NCBI RefSeq assembly: GCF_046119375.1
Contig: NW_027362773.1
Span: forward strand, 112,840,001-112,904,000
Length of the DNA: 64,000 bases
Direction of reading: 5' to 3'
Source of the DNA: Phyllobates terribilis
Lineage: Eukaryota
The translations under genes were made by a program, and so were the position numbers. Below, piece after piece: positions 1-13,595 of the stretch; within the stretch, counting starts at the first letter, position 1, and each line of letters opens with the position of its first letter. The notes under the pieces are model-generated. The model made no database searches, had not been told where the DNA came from, and was given only the letters and a program-made list of their open reading frames with translations.

Positions 1-80
1 CCTTACCTGAAAGAGGAGATACCACACCTCAAGCTGAGGTGCAGTACCCCTGTGGCGACTGAACCCTCAGGGGCGCCACA
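1..80 (-). mobile_element. Terminus of an LTR related to the LTRs at 30092-30589 and 33745-34264 (runs off the window)
   Basis: ccttacc...gaggtgcagtacccctgtggcgactgaaccctcaggggcgccaca aligns by eye with ccttacccggg...gaggtgcaatacctctgtagcgaccgaaccctcggggcgctaca; it starts with TG on the minus strand. Confidence 0.75.
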
Positions 81-1272
81 TCATCATATGACACTCTATC
101 ATAGAAAATTCATCATATCCCTGAGGAAGTCACATCTGTGGTGATACGCGGTGACTTGTTTGTTCTTTTCTCTTTGATAATGTTTATAATTATTTATATA
201 TTTATTCATTTATTTTTATACTATTTATTAATATACTTTATTTTTTTTATTATCTTGGAACTTCATATATTGCACAGATATCCTTTTGCCGTTTACACAG
301 TATGTCATATGCTGCATTTTCTATGCTAGCAGGTTTGTCATCTTATATGATTTGATAGGGGGTATTTTTGACCCCCAACGCTTATCATGTTGTTTTGGTA
401 GGTCTAGTATTTAGCTTTTTGCTGTTATGCACTTTTTAAATGTTTTTAATGCACATGGATTATTTGTACTAAGTGACCTAAAAAACTATATAAATTGTGC
501 ATGCCCAATTTCACATAGCTATCTTTATTCTTTTGTATGTGTTGCTATCCATAGGGTATGTCAGTATCAGATGGGTGAAGGTCCGATACCAGGCACCCCC
601 ATTGATTAGCTTCGACAGTTGACGGATACATGTAATGTGCAGAGCATAAAATATCATATAAGTGTTACTCCAATTTAATCAGAAATCAGATAAATTTACA
701 TATACAATAAATATTTTATTGATACAAAACTACACAATTAAAATAAAAGTTAATAGTAAAAACAATGAAAGCAATGAGAGGCCAATGAGAGACACAAAAT
801 AGTAAAAACAATAAAACAATACAAAGGATAGCCACAAGATGGTAGAATACTACGAAGAAGTGATGATAATATGTATAGGCACATATAGATATCCACAAAA
901 TTGATTACAATGCAATTTTATGAGAAGCATAGCTCTTGAGATCAGCAGTATGGCAGCGGAAGCCACAGGAGGAACTGGAAAAATAAAGAGGCAGCCTAGC
1001 TATCTACTTTATGCCTCTCTTCCCTCAATGATAGTGACTGCAGAGTCAGCATAGGGGATGACACAGAGCAAAGGACATCGTAGGCAGAACCTCTTACATC
1101 AAGTTGTAGGATGGGGACTCAACTGGGGCACTGCTTCTATCCAGTCCAGAAAACAAGCTGAAATTCAAAAAAACTCTCTCTTTTAGCTAAATCAGAGAAA
1201 ACCAGCTGGATTCCACTCCTGGCTGAGTGTTCTACTAATAGAACCCCTATTTATTGTTTTTAGGTGCTACTA

Positions 1273-1945
1273 ACGGTGGAGAAGACCCTCATGGACATCA
1301 TGGTTGGAAGAATAGAAAGATCAAGTTGAAGAGGAAAACCAGCAACCCGATGGCTTGATACAATCAAGATAACGGTGGAGAAGACCCTCATGGACATCAT
1401 GGTTGGAAGAATAGAAGGTACAAGGTGAAGATGAAGACCAGCAACCTGATGACTTGATGCAATTAGGATAACAGCGGAGGAACAAGGTGACAAGGAAGAC
1501 CAGCAACCTAATGGCTTGATAAAATCAAGATAATGGTGGAGAAGACCCTCATGGACAACATGGTTATAAGAATAGAAGGAACAAGGTGACGAGAAAGGCC
1601 AGCAAGCCAATGGCTTCATACTATCAAGATAACAGTGGAGAAGACCCTCATGGACATCATGGTTGGAAGAATAAAAGGAACAAGATGAAGAGGAAAACCA
1701 GCAACCCAATGGCTTGATACAATCAAGATAACGGTTGAGAAGATCCTCATGGACATCATGGTTGGAAGAATAGAAGGTACAAGGTGAAGAGGAAAACCAG
1801 CAACCTGATGGCTTGATACTATCAAGATAACAGCGGAGAAGTCCCTGGTGGACTTATCTAGGCTTCAACAAGATCGATCTTCCTATAGATCGTTCATCCA
1901 TCAAGTCACCATGGCTCAAGATCAAGCTGAATGCAATTAAAAAAG
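1273..1945 (+). mobile_element. 5'-truncated RTE-clade LINE 3' end with a 99-bp coding segment tandemly amplified about 5.6 times
   Basis: Units start at 1273, 1372, 1471 (62 bp), 1533, 1632, 1731 and 1830. The plus frame reads IMVGRIEGTR*RGKPATRWLDTIK...VDLSRLQQDRSSYRSFIHQV*, matching the RTE C-terminal G(K/R)IEG.R.RGRP..RW.D motif, and is followed by an A-rich tail. Confidence 0.7.
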
Positions 1946-2160
1946 TAAAAACATTGGCATGTGAAAGCATAAACACCCAGGATCATTGCAACAGGAACAT
2001 CGGCTGTAAATAACAGTTGTCTACATCTGGTGACAGTAAAGGCACTGCTCCCTGTACCATGCATTTACAAAACAGTGCAGGAATAGGATAAATTAAATTA
2101 GATGTTAAAAGAAAGAACGACAAATGTTTCCTTTTTGGATCAAATGGAAACACAACTTAA

Positions 2161-2591
2161 AAGGAATCTCTCAGCAGGTTTCTTATATTCAGTCTGAGAG
2201 TAGCATCATATAGGGCCTGAGAATCTGATTCCAGGGAAGTGTCACTTATTAGGTTGTGTTTCAATGCAAACAGTGTTTTATCTGCACGGGATTAACACTG
2301 ACTACAGCTCACGTGCACACTAGTCAGGCTAATCTGTGCAACTCCACCCCCACCACTGATTGGCAGCTTGCTCACAATGCACAGTGTACACAGGAAGCCA
2401 GTTGGGTTGTGAGCTGGGTTATACACAGAGCAGAAGACTTAGGTCTTATACATCTACATTAGACAAAACAAGGATCCTATCAAAACTACACCAAGCAGCC
2501 CAGTAAGTGATACATCCCTGGAATTAGGCTTTCTTGCCCTATAGCACACTGCTCTCAGATTATATAGAAAAATCCTGCTGACTGATTCTCT
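2161..2591. mobile_element. TTAA-flanked MITE (T2/Kolobok-like); related copy at 51610-52178
   Basis: TTAA on both sides, imperfect TIRs (aggaatc..cagcagg / cctgctg..gattctct) and clear similarity to the 51610 copy. Confidence 0.6.
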
Positions 2592-3637
2592 TTAAAAACT
2601 GCTGATCTGAAATATATATTGAGTTGTTATAATTCAGTCATAGAAGACCCTCTGTATGACTCTGATTCAATATATGACTCTGATTCAATATGGAGTTTAT
2701 TTTCTCTAAAGGAGTCCTACAACCTGTCAACCTCCATAACCTCCATGCATTGCCATATGACGGGTACGTTGATGAACACATACAACACATAAGTTAGTAG
2801 TCTTCAAAGTTTTGCTCCAGGTAAACTTTAAGCTCTGGGATCATAAAACTTTTCACTTTATACTTAATTTTTTTTAACGTTTATCACAAAGTATACAGTG
2901 TTTTGCAGCTTTCCTTTCTATATTCCAAAGATTTTATAGGCAAATGGTAAATTAAACTTACCCAAATTTAATGAACAACAACTCATTGTGGCTCACTGTA
3001 TCTAAAGGAACAGAAGGAAAGACAAAAACTTTTCTCAATAAAAAAAACTGTGTAAAATCATTCGCTACATCACAAAATCCATAGTCATTTATGCAGCCAG
3101 ACTCTTTTTGAAATCACACTCACATATTATGTTCTGATTATACAAATTTGTCTAAGCATCTAATATGTAATAAAATAGTAAGTTCATTATAAATCACTGA
3201 ATCGGAACATACATTTGTGATATTTAATTCCAAATGAACATACAATTGTGCAATGTTTTTCACCAAGTAGAAGCCTTAGGAGCTTGATCGTATATGGAAA
3301 GAATTGAAGGGAGTCTGTCAGCCCAAATTGGTTTTGCATGACTCTGCCTCCCTCACTTGTGATTGACAGCATTCAATTAATATGAAAATATCAATACTTC
3401 CTGATTGCATTACCTAGCTAATTAAATATAAGTGTCAAAACCAGTTATTACAAAAGAGATAACTTATTAGAATATTCAAAGCATACAAATTTGCACAACA
3501 TTATGCAAGCTACTTTTCATAGTTATAAAATTATTTATACTTCTTGCAGAAATTTAAAACCCAAAGAGATGAACTGGAATATAAATTGGTGCGCATGCAG
3601 CGTGTAGGCATATGTTCACACTGGCCACTAGCCAGTC

Positions 3638-4998
3638 AAAACCTAAGTTAAATGCAAAATAAGCAAATACCCTGCAGAAAATAAATAAATGCATGAAAAT
3701 AATATAGGTGTAACACTATTGCCAGGTCCACTGCATGGTTCCCCTTCCTCCTCCATGCAGGGATGCTGGCATACTCACTGCTCCGGCCCCGTAGCGTGGT
3801 CCCCTTCTGCTGGCATATCTCCTGCTTGTGCACGCCGCACTTCCTGGCAGCTCACCTAGGATTCTTAAAGGGGCAGCGCGCGCACATAGTAAAATGCCTA
3901 CAGCGAATTCCTGAGAGGCATTTAGTATAATGACCTCACTTGCTGGATGGCTCTCAGCCTATTGCTGGGAGTCATCCTGTATAAGAGACTCCCTCTCCCT
4001 TAGGGAGTCGCCAAAGCAACAACTTTCATTAGTATGAAGTCTCCCCTACTAGTGAGTTGTTGGGTTCTCTGATCCTGGTGTGGCAAGTGTCCTGAACCCA
4101 AATCCCTGGTCCCAGTGTTGCCAGGTCCTGAACCCTAATCCCTGGTCGGTGTGCGACCAGTGTCCTAAACATTGTCCCCTGGTCCTGGTGCGGCCAGTTC
4201 TGTTCCCAAAGTCACCAGGTCCCGGTGCGGCCAGTTGTCTGAATGTTTCCCTATCCGAGTATCTGGACTGCTACAACCTATCCCTGAAGTATCTGTCTGC
4301 GTCTCCATGTCAGTAACCGTTCTGCAGTACACCTGAACCTACTGGTCTGAAAAGAGCCTGAGTCTGAGTTAGCTAACCTGATCCCTGGGGTCAGCTGCTG
4401 CAGTACCAGCATCTGCCTAAGAGTGGTACCTGGTGGCCAGCTTCAGTCCATCCTGTCTCCACCATCTGGAGCTGCCGTGAGCACCAGGTAGCCGCTGAGC
4501 TACGCCCCTACCTAGGCAGACCTGTCCCTGTAACACAGTGGGTTCACTAATCCACATGTGCCGTCAGTGGACGTAACAATAGGGTACTTAGTCAACATAA
4601 TTTTTGATCAAAAAAATTTAAAAGCCATTCTACCACGTCAATGTGACCTTATTCGGGACGGTCCTAACCTCTAATATTAAAACCTTACCATATGTCAAGT
4701 GATGTAATGTGAATAATGTACATTACATTCATATAGTTCCCCATGGCTGGGTGTCCATTAGCTGGGGCTCAGTGCTTCTCAGCCTTTATTCACATTACGT
4801 ACCTTGACATATGGTAAGGTTTTAAAAATAGAGGTTAGGACCATCCCGAATAGGGTCACCTTGATGTGGTGGGATGGCTTTTAATTTTTTTTTTATCAAA
4901 ATTGCGTTAACTAAGTACCCTATATTATTTTTATGCACTATTGCTATTTACTTATTTACTGCAGGGTATTTGCTTATTTTGTTTTTATCTTAGGTTTT
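3638..4998. repeat. Foldback (long palindrome) element interrupted by a solo LTR
   Basis: 3638-3708 plus 4579-4720 is the reverse complement of about 4780-4998. Confidence 0.7.
3709..4578. mobile_element. Solo LTR, 870 bp
   Basis: TGTAAC...GTAACA ends with a perfect 5-bp TSD ATAGG (3704-3708, 4579-4583). Confidence 0.8.
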
Positions 4999-7229
4999 GT
5001 TTTTCCTGCATAAATTGCCAAGTCCTGAAAATGTAAGTCATGGTCAGTAGTGTTAAACGAACGTGCTCGGATGAGGTGTTATGCAAGCACTCTCGTGTGC
5101 TAACAGAGTATCTTCGGCATGTTCGAATACTATGCTCGAGTCGCCAAGGCTGCATGTCTCGCAGCTGTTCGACAGATACAACAAATGCATGGATTGCCTA
5201 ATTGTTTCAATGGAGGTTGAAGTCTCAGCTCTTTCTCACTTCCCTTGTTATTATTAATCAAATATGTTCAATGTGAGGATGATATATCTCCTCTACGGAG
5301 ATGTCTTAATGGATTTTACAATTTTTCTCTACGACCGTAACATTGTTGAAACCTATCCTGCATAATATATTCTTGATGATAATGGTCGATAGTAGAGGAA
5401 TAGTTTCTACAAATAATATGCAAATATTGTCTTTTGAGAATTCTCAACCAAAAAAGAGAAATAATTTGATCTGAATAATATGATCCGGTTTATAAGTCCC
5501 AAAATAATATAATAGAAATGTCAGGGGGGTTCTTATAATCATTAAAAATTAAACAAAAGATCAAAAAGATTTTACAAAAAAACTGCGGGATCAGTTTAAT
5601 AGTGCATACAATAAATTTTATTAAAGATATATTCTCATATAAATGAAAAAGACATATAAGGTGAGACAGAACTAATTGCAAAAATTGTTGTAAATGGTAA
5701 TACATGGTGGATTCCCATAAAAAGACATATAGGATCCTCAACAAGATTCACTTGAAAGTTATCAGGAGACAGCATGTATGCTTATTAGTATTACATATTA
5801 TTCAAAAAGTATGAAAAATAATAGTGCTCTCCAGATATCATAATACACAGTGCACATAAGCAGGTACCTAATGAGTTAAAAGCTAATAAGCATCGCAGAT
5901 ATTCAATAAAGAGGTGCTATCCCTTTAGACATGCTGGCGTTATGGAGCAGGCTGGGGATCCGTGCGAGCGCCTCGACGCGCGTTTCTCCTTCAGGCTTCG
6001 TCAGGAGACGTGGGGAAAGATTAAAATAGGGCACTATATAACTGGATGGGTTCGGCAAACAGCGAATCAGCGCACCGCTCGTCCTTTAAGAATGTCCATT
6101 TTGAGAGGCTGTGGGTATTAACTTTCCCATCTAAGTAAATTATTGGTATTATCCTCCCAGAGATAATATATATCGGGTGGTGGCTTTCTCTTAGAGAATA
6201 CAGGAGCAATAAGCCAAACAAGAGTGTATAGGAGAGCTGGTTCAGATGGCGGTCGATCGAACAAACGACTGAAGCATCGTTCGGCCGACAGCCATCTAAT
6301 GTGTATGTTTGGCCATAGTACCTTGATTCATTATTCTCCAAGTCTCCTAGGTGTTATCTCATGAATATGATGTACCTTCAATTGGCTTCAACTGGCACTG
6401 ATAAAATAAAAAACACTTATTCTTACCTCTCATGCCAACGCCGTTCCAGCGGAGTCAACACTCGCGTTCCTGGGGCTCTCGTCCGGTCATTAAGACATGT
6501 GAGCCCGGAACAGCGCTAGCACGGGAGGTGAGTATAGGTGTTTTTTATTTTTTTGGTGCAAGCATTCAGATCAAAAAGGGGTTGTCCTATTGGTGGACAA
6601 CCCCATTAAGTCCATTGTATGTAATGTATTTTCCTAAATATCTCGATGAGTAACATAATACTCAGTAGCTGGCGGATATGACTTGAGGACCGGACAATTT
6701 ATGTATTTTAAAGCTATGGAAAGGAACTTGCCTTATGTTGTGCACATTTCTACGCCTTGAATATTCTAATGAGTAGTCTCTTATGTAATAACTGGTTTTG
6801 ACACTTATTAAATGGATTAAGTAATACGATAAGGAAGTATTGATGTTTTCATATTATTTGAATATAATATTCATTGTGTGAATGACATAACGTGGAATTT
6901 TTTAATTGTCCTTAATTTATGGATGATGGATTTTTATATTATTAATTCTGAATTAGAGTTGTTTGGATCATGTAATCTACTATTGTTGGCACATTATGTA
7001 TCTAGTCTAATATTGTGCATATTATTCAGTTGTAAAATTACAAGAACTCAGTCTTTTATAGGGTCAGTTATCGACGAGTGGGGATGACATCTGGAATTTT
7101 AGGGTGCCAACTTCCACAGCCAGACAGAAACAGTTTAACAGGGGATAAGTGAGGTGCAGTGTATATTTATCACTTACTATTACTTTTTCCTATAGTATCT
7201 TGATTCTATATGAGAGACAGCGTAATGGG

Positions 7230-7452
7230 ATAGGAAAAAAGAGCAGCATATAATATGATTCAAGCACTATCAAAAACGTGATTCCATTGCAATTTATATC
7301 ATAAAGTACAATATAAAGTGCAAGCTATAAAGTGAATTTTACTTTATTTCTTGCACTTTGTATTATACTTTTTGATACTAACTACCATGGAATCACGTTT
7401 TTGATAGTGCTTGAATCATGAATCATATTATATGCTGCTCTTTTTTTCCTAT
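7230..7452. repeat. AT-rich palindrome
   Basis: ataggaaaaaagagcagcatataatatgattcaagcactatcaaaaacgtgattcc is mirrored by its reverse complement ending at 7452. Confidence 0.75.
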
Positions 7453-8228
7453 TCTCCTTTGGTGACCTTGATATTATTATATGTGAACTTTTGTTCTGTT
7501 TTAACATGATATAATAAAGTTTTTTTTAATAAAGTTATAATAAACTTTTTGCATCATAAAGTAATTTTTTAGGATATATTTTAGGCTTCTATAGGGAGCC
7601 TGAAACAAATTTGTGTTAAAAACACATGTAAAAGTGCCGGTAAAAAACCGCAGATGCATTTTCAAGTGCAGAATCAAAGCTTTTCTGTGATAAATAAACG
7701 CACATTAAAAACGCGGCTTTAAATCTGGTGCAAAAACGCAACAATCAAAGAAGATTGTTACTGTGTATTTTGGTGCAGACAACATGTAAATAAAAGGCAG
7801 CGTAAAAAAAATGCAGCATTTATGCTACGTGTGAACATTGCCATAGGCTTCTATGGGAGAGACGGAAAAAACAGGAAAAAAAGCGGGTAAAAAAACGCAG
7901 TTGCGTTTTAAGTGCAGACTCAAAAGTTTTTCTGTACTAAAAAATGCATTAAAATCACTGCTTCAAATCTGCATCAAAAACGCACCAAATAAAGCAGAAA
8001 ATGCTTAAAAAACACAATAGTTAGAGAAGATTGTTAGAGAAGATTGCATGCAGAAAAATGCAGAAAAAATGAAAACAATCTAAGTCAAAATCAGAAGTAA
8101 AAGAAAAATAAAGTTTAGTGTAAACGTTTTGCACTTTATGACTTGGCACACAAAGTTTTTCTAGGAGTTTTTGGAGCAGAAACTGAGTATAAACTCTCCA
8201 AATCCTCCTTGAAATCACAAAACCTCAA

Positions 8229-8371
8229 GTCTATGTTCCCACGATAAGTTTTTGATGAGTTTTTTTACGCACTGTATTTTAGAAAAAATGCAAGCAATCT
8301 ATTTTATTTAATGTGTGCAGAAAATCTGCAACATCAAAAACTCACCAAACACTTATCGTGGGAACATAGCC
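8229..8371. mobile_element. About 145-bp PIF/Harbinger-type MITE (family copies at 35347-35491, 41697-41848, 49260-49401)
   Basis: TIRs ggcta(t/c)gttccca / tgggaac(a/g)tagcc; the 49260 copy has a TTA TSD on both sides. Confidence 0.7.
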
Positions 8372-9418
8372 TTAAAACTTTGATTTTCTGCTCAGTTTCT
8401 GCTCCGAAAACTCAGTAAAAAGACTCCATGTGCACATAGCCTAATGTTATATTTTGAAGACTTTCCTGATCTCACAGGATTAAGGATTCTCATGCCATTC
8501 TTGGTTCTATACGAGTCTATAGTCATGATTCAGGCAGGATTATACATTTACTTCTTGAAAAGTTTTTAAATAACTTTTTTATGTATTTTAAATAACATAT
8601 TTTTTGTTTATTTCAAAGCATTTTTTGTTATATTAAAGCTATGTTCACACATCATGTTTTTTTTAGCGTTTTTTGATGCTGTTTTTTATGTAAATTTTCA
8701 GCTGGCTTTTGCAGTACCTGCAAAGTCTATGAGAAACCAGAATTCCCACATCACACATCATGTTTTTTTTTTGCTCAGGATTTTGCGCCTTGCATGTTTT
8801 TTGGGAAAATAGAGCATGTCACTTCTTTCAGCGTTTTTTTCCGCGTTTTTTCACCCATAGGAAGTAATGGGTGGTGAAAAAAACGCTGAAAAAAATGCAT
8901 TAAAAAAGCACAAAAATTTGTATCAGCATTTTTGATGCCAAAATAGAATGGGGTTCTTTTTTTCACAGAACTTTATGTACATGCATAAAAAGTAACACAG
9001 AAGGACAGTGAAAAAAATGCAGAAAAAAGCACCAAAAATGCATCAAAAAAGCACCAAAACTGCAAGAAAAATCCAGAACAAAATGCCCTTGAAGATCAGG
9101 TTTTGCTGCAGAAAATTGACGCCAAAAAATATGATGTGTGAAAATAGCCTAAAAATCCTATGTAGAAATAGCACCAGAAAAACCTTACCCCATGCTGTAG
9201 GATATTAAGAACCATTGTATTTGGCAATGTCTTGTTCTAGTGATAAGTAGTAATAGTGATTCTTACCTATGTAAGGACAGGTAATGATGACAGATATCTT
9301 CTCCCAGGCACATAAATCATGCAAAGTGTCCTGTCTTCCTCCAGCAGTGCTTTTATCTGATGCCCTTCCCAGGGAAATCATCCTCACAAATAAATGAAAG
9401 GGTTTGTACCAGGAAATT

Positions 9419-10268
9419 AAAGGGGTTTTCCCAAGGACAAAAAATATTTTCATTAATAGATCTTGACATGAAAATTAGTTCTAAAATTGGATGTGACATA
9501 ATAATGTTCCTGTGCCGAGATAATCTTAGAAATGTGCCCCTGCTGTGTGCTGTGTAATGGCTGTGTCTGATCATACAGGACCATGGTCTGATCATACCAC
9601 ATCTCCTGACCAAAAGAGAGTATACAGACAGGACATCATTGGATCGCAGCTTATTCTTTCTGTAAGGGCTCGTGCAGACAAATGTATAACTCGGAAGAGG
9701 GCTATCCGTCATTTTGACATTTTGTACATGTCCGATTTTTTTTCTAGGACAGAGTCAGTCCAAGGAAAATATCTCACGATTTTCCTCCGAGAATCAGATG
9801 GCACTCGCCCATTCTATTCTATGGGTCCATGGGAAAAATCGGACCGCACTCAGATAACATCCAAGTGCGGTCCGATTTTCATGGATCTCATTATAGAGAA
9901 GGTAGAGAAACTTTTTTTTCTCTCTTCACAACCGAGAAAATCAGATCACACTCTGATTAGAGTTTGATCCGATAAAAAAAAAGGGTAAAAATATAAAAAT
10001 ATTTTTTCTCACAGAAAACAGCAGCTGCGATCCTGTGCTGTCCTGTCTGTATACTCTTTTCCTCCCCTCCTGCCCAGGAGATGTGGTATGATCAGACCAT
10101 GTCCCTGTATGGTCAGACACAGCCATTACACAGTACACAGCAGGGGCACATTTATAAGATTATCTCAGCATAGGAGCATTTTATTTAAACACATCCAATT
10201 GTGGAACTTATTATTATTCCAAGATCTATTAATTAAAACATACTTTGTTTGTGGGAAAACCTCTTTAA
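9419..10268. mobile_element. TTAA-flanked palindromic MITE with a nested Harbinger-like MITE (about 9663-9975)
   Basis: 9419-9660 is inverted relative to about 10010-10268; ends ttaa-agggg / cctct-ttaa. Confidence 0.6.
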
Positions 10269-10487
10269 GGCTAAGTTTTTTTTCAAGTCAATTAAGTTTC
10301 ATATGATCGTCAGAGAGTTTAAATTTTTGGAAATTTCCAATTCATGTAATGAACGCTTTCATGTGTCATTTAACAAAATGTTCAACTCATTCATGAGTTT
10401 CTCAAAAGAAAAAGTTAGGCAAGAATGCTGCAGTTCCACCGATCGTGGCAAAAAGACACAACATGTAAACGCAGCCTTAAATGCTTA

Positions 10488-10800
10488 AAGAGGTTGGCCA
10501 CTACTTTTCCATTGATGCCCTATCCGGTTACTCAATTTCTCAGCTGCTCCGTCTTCTAGTAGTGGCCGCAGCTAGGTACTGCACATCTGCTTAGTATTCA
10601 AATCAATAGGAGGCGAATGTGTAGTACCCTGCGGCGTCCACTATCAGAAGACTGCCAGCCCCGCAAGCGAGTACTTCCAGCTGCCGCCGCCATCGATGAC
10701 AGCTAATTGGCCGGGGTGCCCGGTGTTGGACCCCGGCCAATCAGACATTGATGGCCTATCTTAAGGATAGGCCATCAATGTAAAAGTAGGAACAACCTCT
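10488..10800. mobile_element. TTAA-flanked T2-like MITE
   Basis: ttaa|agaggttggccactactttt...aaaagtaggaacaacctct|ttaa. Confidence 0.6.
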
Positions 10801-10987
10801 TTAAGGCACAGTAAACAGAAGATTCCCCAAACTGCCCCTTTCCTTAAAGGTTTATTCATAAAAAACTAAAATACTCTATCAATAGGATGGAGATAACTTG
10901 CTCATTACTGAGGGTCCAACTGCTGCGGCTCTGGAACCCCGAGAGGAGGGCTCTGCTGCCTTGTCTTGGATGGAGTGGAGGAGTGTA

Positions 10988-12613
10988 CAGTGGGTATGGA
11001 AAGTATTCAGACCCCTTTCAATTTTTCACTCTTTGTTTCATTGCAGCCATTTGGTAAATTCTAAAAAGTTCATTTTTTTCTCATTAAAGTACACACTACA
11101 TTTTGACTGAAAAAAAAACAGAAATGTAGAAATTTTTGCAAATTTATTAAAAAAGAAAAACTGAAATATCACATGGTCATAAGTATTCAGACCCTTTGCT
11201 CAGTATTGAGTAGAAGCACCCTTTTGAGCTAGTACAGCCATGAGCCTTCTTGGGAATGATGCAACAAGTTTTTCACACCTGGATTTGGGGATCCTCTGCC
11301 ATTCTTCCTTGCAGATTCTCTCCACTTCCATCAGGTTGGATGGTGAATGTTGGTGGACAGCCATTTTTCGGTCTCTCCAGAGATGCTCAATTGAGTTTAG
11401 GTCAGGGCTCTGGCTGGGCCAGTCAAGAATGGTCACATTCTGAATCCACTACTTCGTTATTTTAGCTGTGTGCTTAGGGTCATTGTCTTGTTGGAAGGTG
11501 AACCTTAGGCCAAGTCTGAGGTCCAGAGCACTCTGGAAGAGGTTTTCATCCAGGATATCTCTGTACTTGGCCGCATTCATGTTTCCTACAAATGGCAACC
11601 AGTCGTCCTGTCCCTGCAGCTGAAAAACACCCGTATAGCATGGTGCTGCCACCACTATGTTTCACTGTTGGGATTGTATTGGGCAGGTGATGAGCAGTGC
11701 CTGGTTTTCTCCACACATGCCGCTTAGAATTATCACCAAAAAGATCTATCTTCATCTCATCAGACCAGAGAATCTTATTTCTCATAGTCTGGGAGTTCTT
11801 CATGTGTTTTTGTGCAAACTCTATGCGGGCTTTCATATGTCTTGCACTGAGGAGAGGCTTCTGTCGGGCCACTCTGCCATAAAGTCCCGACTGGTGGAGG
11901 GCTGCAGTGATAGTTGACTTTGTGGAACTTTCTCCCATCTCCCTACTGCATCTCAGGAGCTCAGTCACAGTGATCTTGGGGTTCTTCTTTACCTCTCTCA
12001 CCAAGGCTCTTCTCCCACGATTGCTCAGTTTGGCTGGACGGCCATGTCGAGGAAAACTTCTGGTTGTCCCAAACTTCTTCCATTTAAGGATTATGGAGGC
12101 CACTGTGCTCTTAGAAACCTTGAGTAATGCAGAAATTCTTTTGCAACCTTGGTCAGATCTGTGCCTTGCCACAATTCTGTCTCTGAGCTCCTTGGGCAGT
12201 TCCTTTGAGCTCATGATTCTCATTTGGTCTGACATGCACTGTGAGCTATGAGGTCTGATATAGACAGGTGTGTGCCTTTCCAAATCAAGTCCAATCAGTT
12301 TAATTAAACACAGCTGGACTCCAATGAAGAAGTAGAACCACCTCAAGGAGGATCACAAGGAAATGGACAGCATGTGACTTAAATATGAGTGTCTGAGCAA
12401 AGGGTCTGAACACTTATGGCCATGTGATATTTCAGTTTTTATTTTTTAATAAATTTGCAAAAATTTCTACATTTCTGTTTTTTTTCAGTCAAGATGGGGT
12501 GCAGAGTGTACTTTAATGAGAAAAAAAATGAAATTTTTAGAATTTACCAAATGGCTGAAAAGAAACAAACAGTGAAAAATTTAAAGGGGTCTGAATACTT
12601 TCCGTACCCACTG
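10988..12613 (-). mobile_element. Tc1-family DNA transposon, 1626 bp, long (about 220 bp) IR/DR-type TIRs
   Basis: TA TSDs; TIR cagtgggtatggaaagtattcagacc at both ends; transposase homology on the minus strand. Confidence 0.95.
11200..12214 (-). pseudogene. Disrupted Tc1 transposase
   Basis: MSSKELPKELRDRIV (HTH), [15 protein letters not shown] and WPSQSPDLNSIE motifs are split over three ORFs, with an in-frame TAG and frameshifts. Confidence 0.92.
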
Positions 12614-13024
12614 TATGTGTGTGAGATGAGAGAGCCGAGAGCCGTACGTGACTTTTTCCGGCAGTCCCATGAACAATGAATTAAGCGGAGGCTGAATTTG
12701 GGCACCTCTGCTACATTCAGGACAGGTTCTAAAGTCCTGATCTCAGGATCGCTGGGAATCCCACAGTTTGGACCCAAGTGATTAGCAAGTTATCCCCTAT
12801 TGCATGGATGGATAGCTTTTTTTTTAATAACCTTGTAATCTCCAGTTATTTCATGCACATGCATATGACTATAATACCTTCAGAAAAAGTTTCAGGATTG
12901 CACAAGATAGGATTCAATCTATTCTTGGGTGTACCTTTAGTACAGAGGTAATAATCACACCTATCCCTGGGAACGGAGGTGAACCAAAGGCGCTGCTATT
13001 ATATAAAAAGGTGCCAGTACTATA

Positions 13025-13270
13025 CAGTGCTGGCCAAAAGTATTGGCACCCCTGCAATTCTGACAGATAATACTCAGTTTCTTCCTGAAAATGATTGCAA
13101 TCACAAATTCTTTGGTATTATTCTCTTTATTTAATTTGTCTTCAATGAAAAAAACACAAAAAGAATTGTCCTAAAGCCAAATTGGATATAATTCCACACC
13201 AAACCTAAAAAAGGGGTGGACAAAAGTATTGGCAGAATTGCAGGGGTGCCAATACTTTTGGAAAGCACTG
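13025..13270. mobile_element. Internally deleted Tc1 derivative (246 bp)
   Basis: TA TSDs; TIR cagtgctggccaaaagtattggcacccctgcaattctg, with only about 38 bp of the right TIR kept. Confidence 0.85.
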
Positions 13271-13595
13271 TAAATGGCACATGGTAGGAGGAAGGGGGAA
13301 GGCGTTACAGAGTTTGCTTTCGATCACTGGAATTTAAATTTGTGACTATGTTATTGATACTAAATATATGGTCTGCAAGCATATAGCCTGGATAGTTTCG
13401 GACTGGGGTGCCAAGGGCCCACTAGTAACATCAACTCCAGGGCCCCACGTTTCAGCTACATGCAAATATGACTTTATCCTCATTCACAAATTTCTATAGC
13501 AATAAACGGAGTAGATTGTTAAATGAATAAGATGCTGCCTTTGTCTGTACATAGTGAATCAAGTGTATTGTGCCAAGTACTGCTCATATAAGAGG

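Noticed and set aside
1260-1825. Minus-strand 33-aa repeat ORFs
   Set aside because: Antisense of the amplified RTE segment; the frame switches at a 37-bp deletion.
9267-9385. Possible exon MISLGRASD...CPYI|gtaaga of a third paralogue
   Set aside because: Good donor, but no hydrophobic TM1 character and no downstream KDDC or FAFG exons found in 1-9200.
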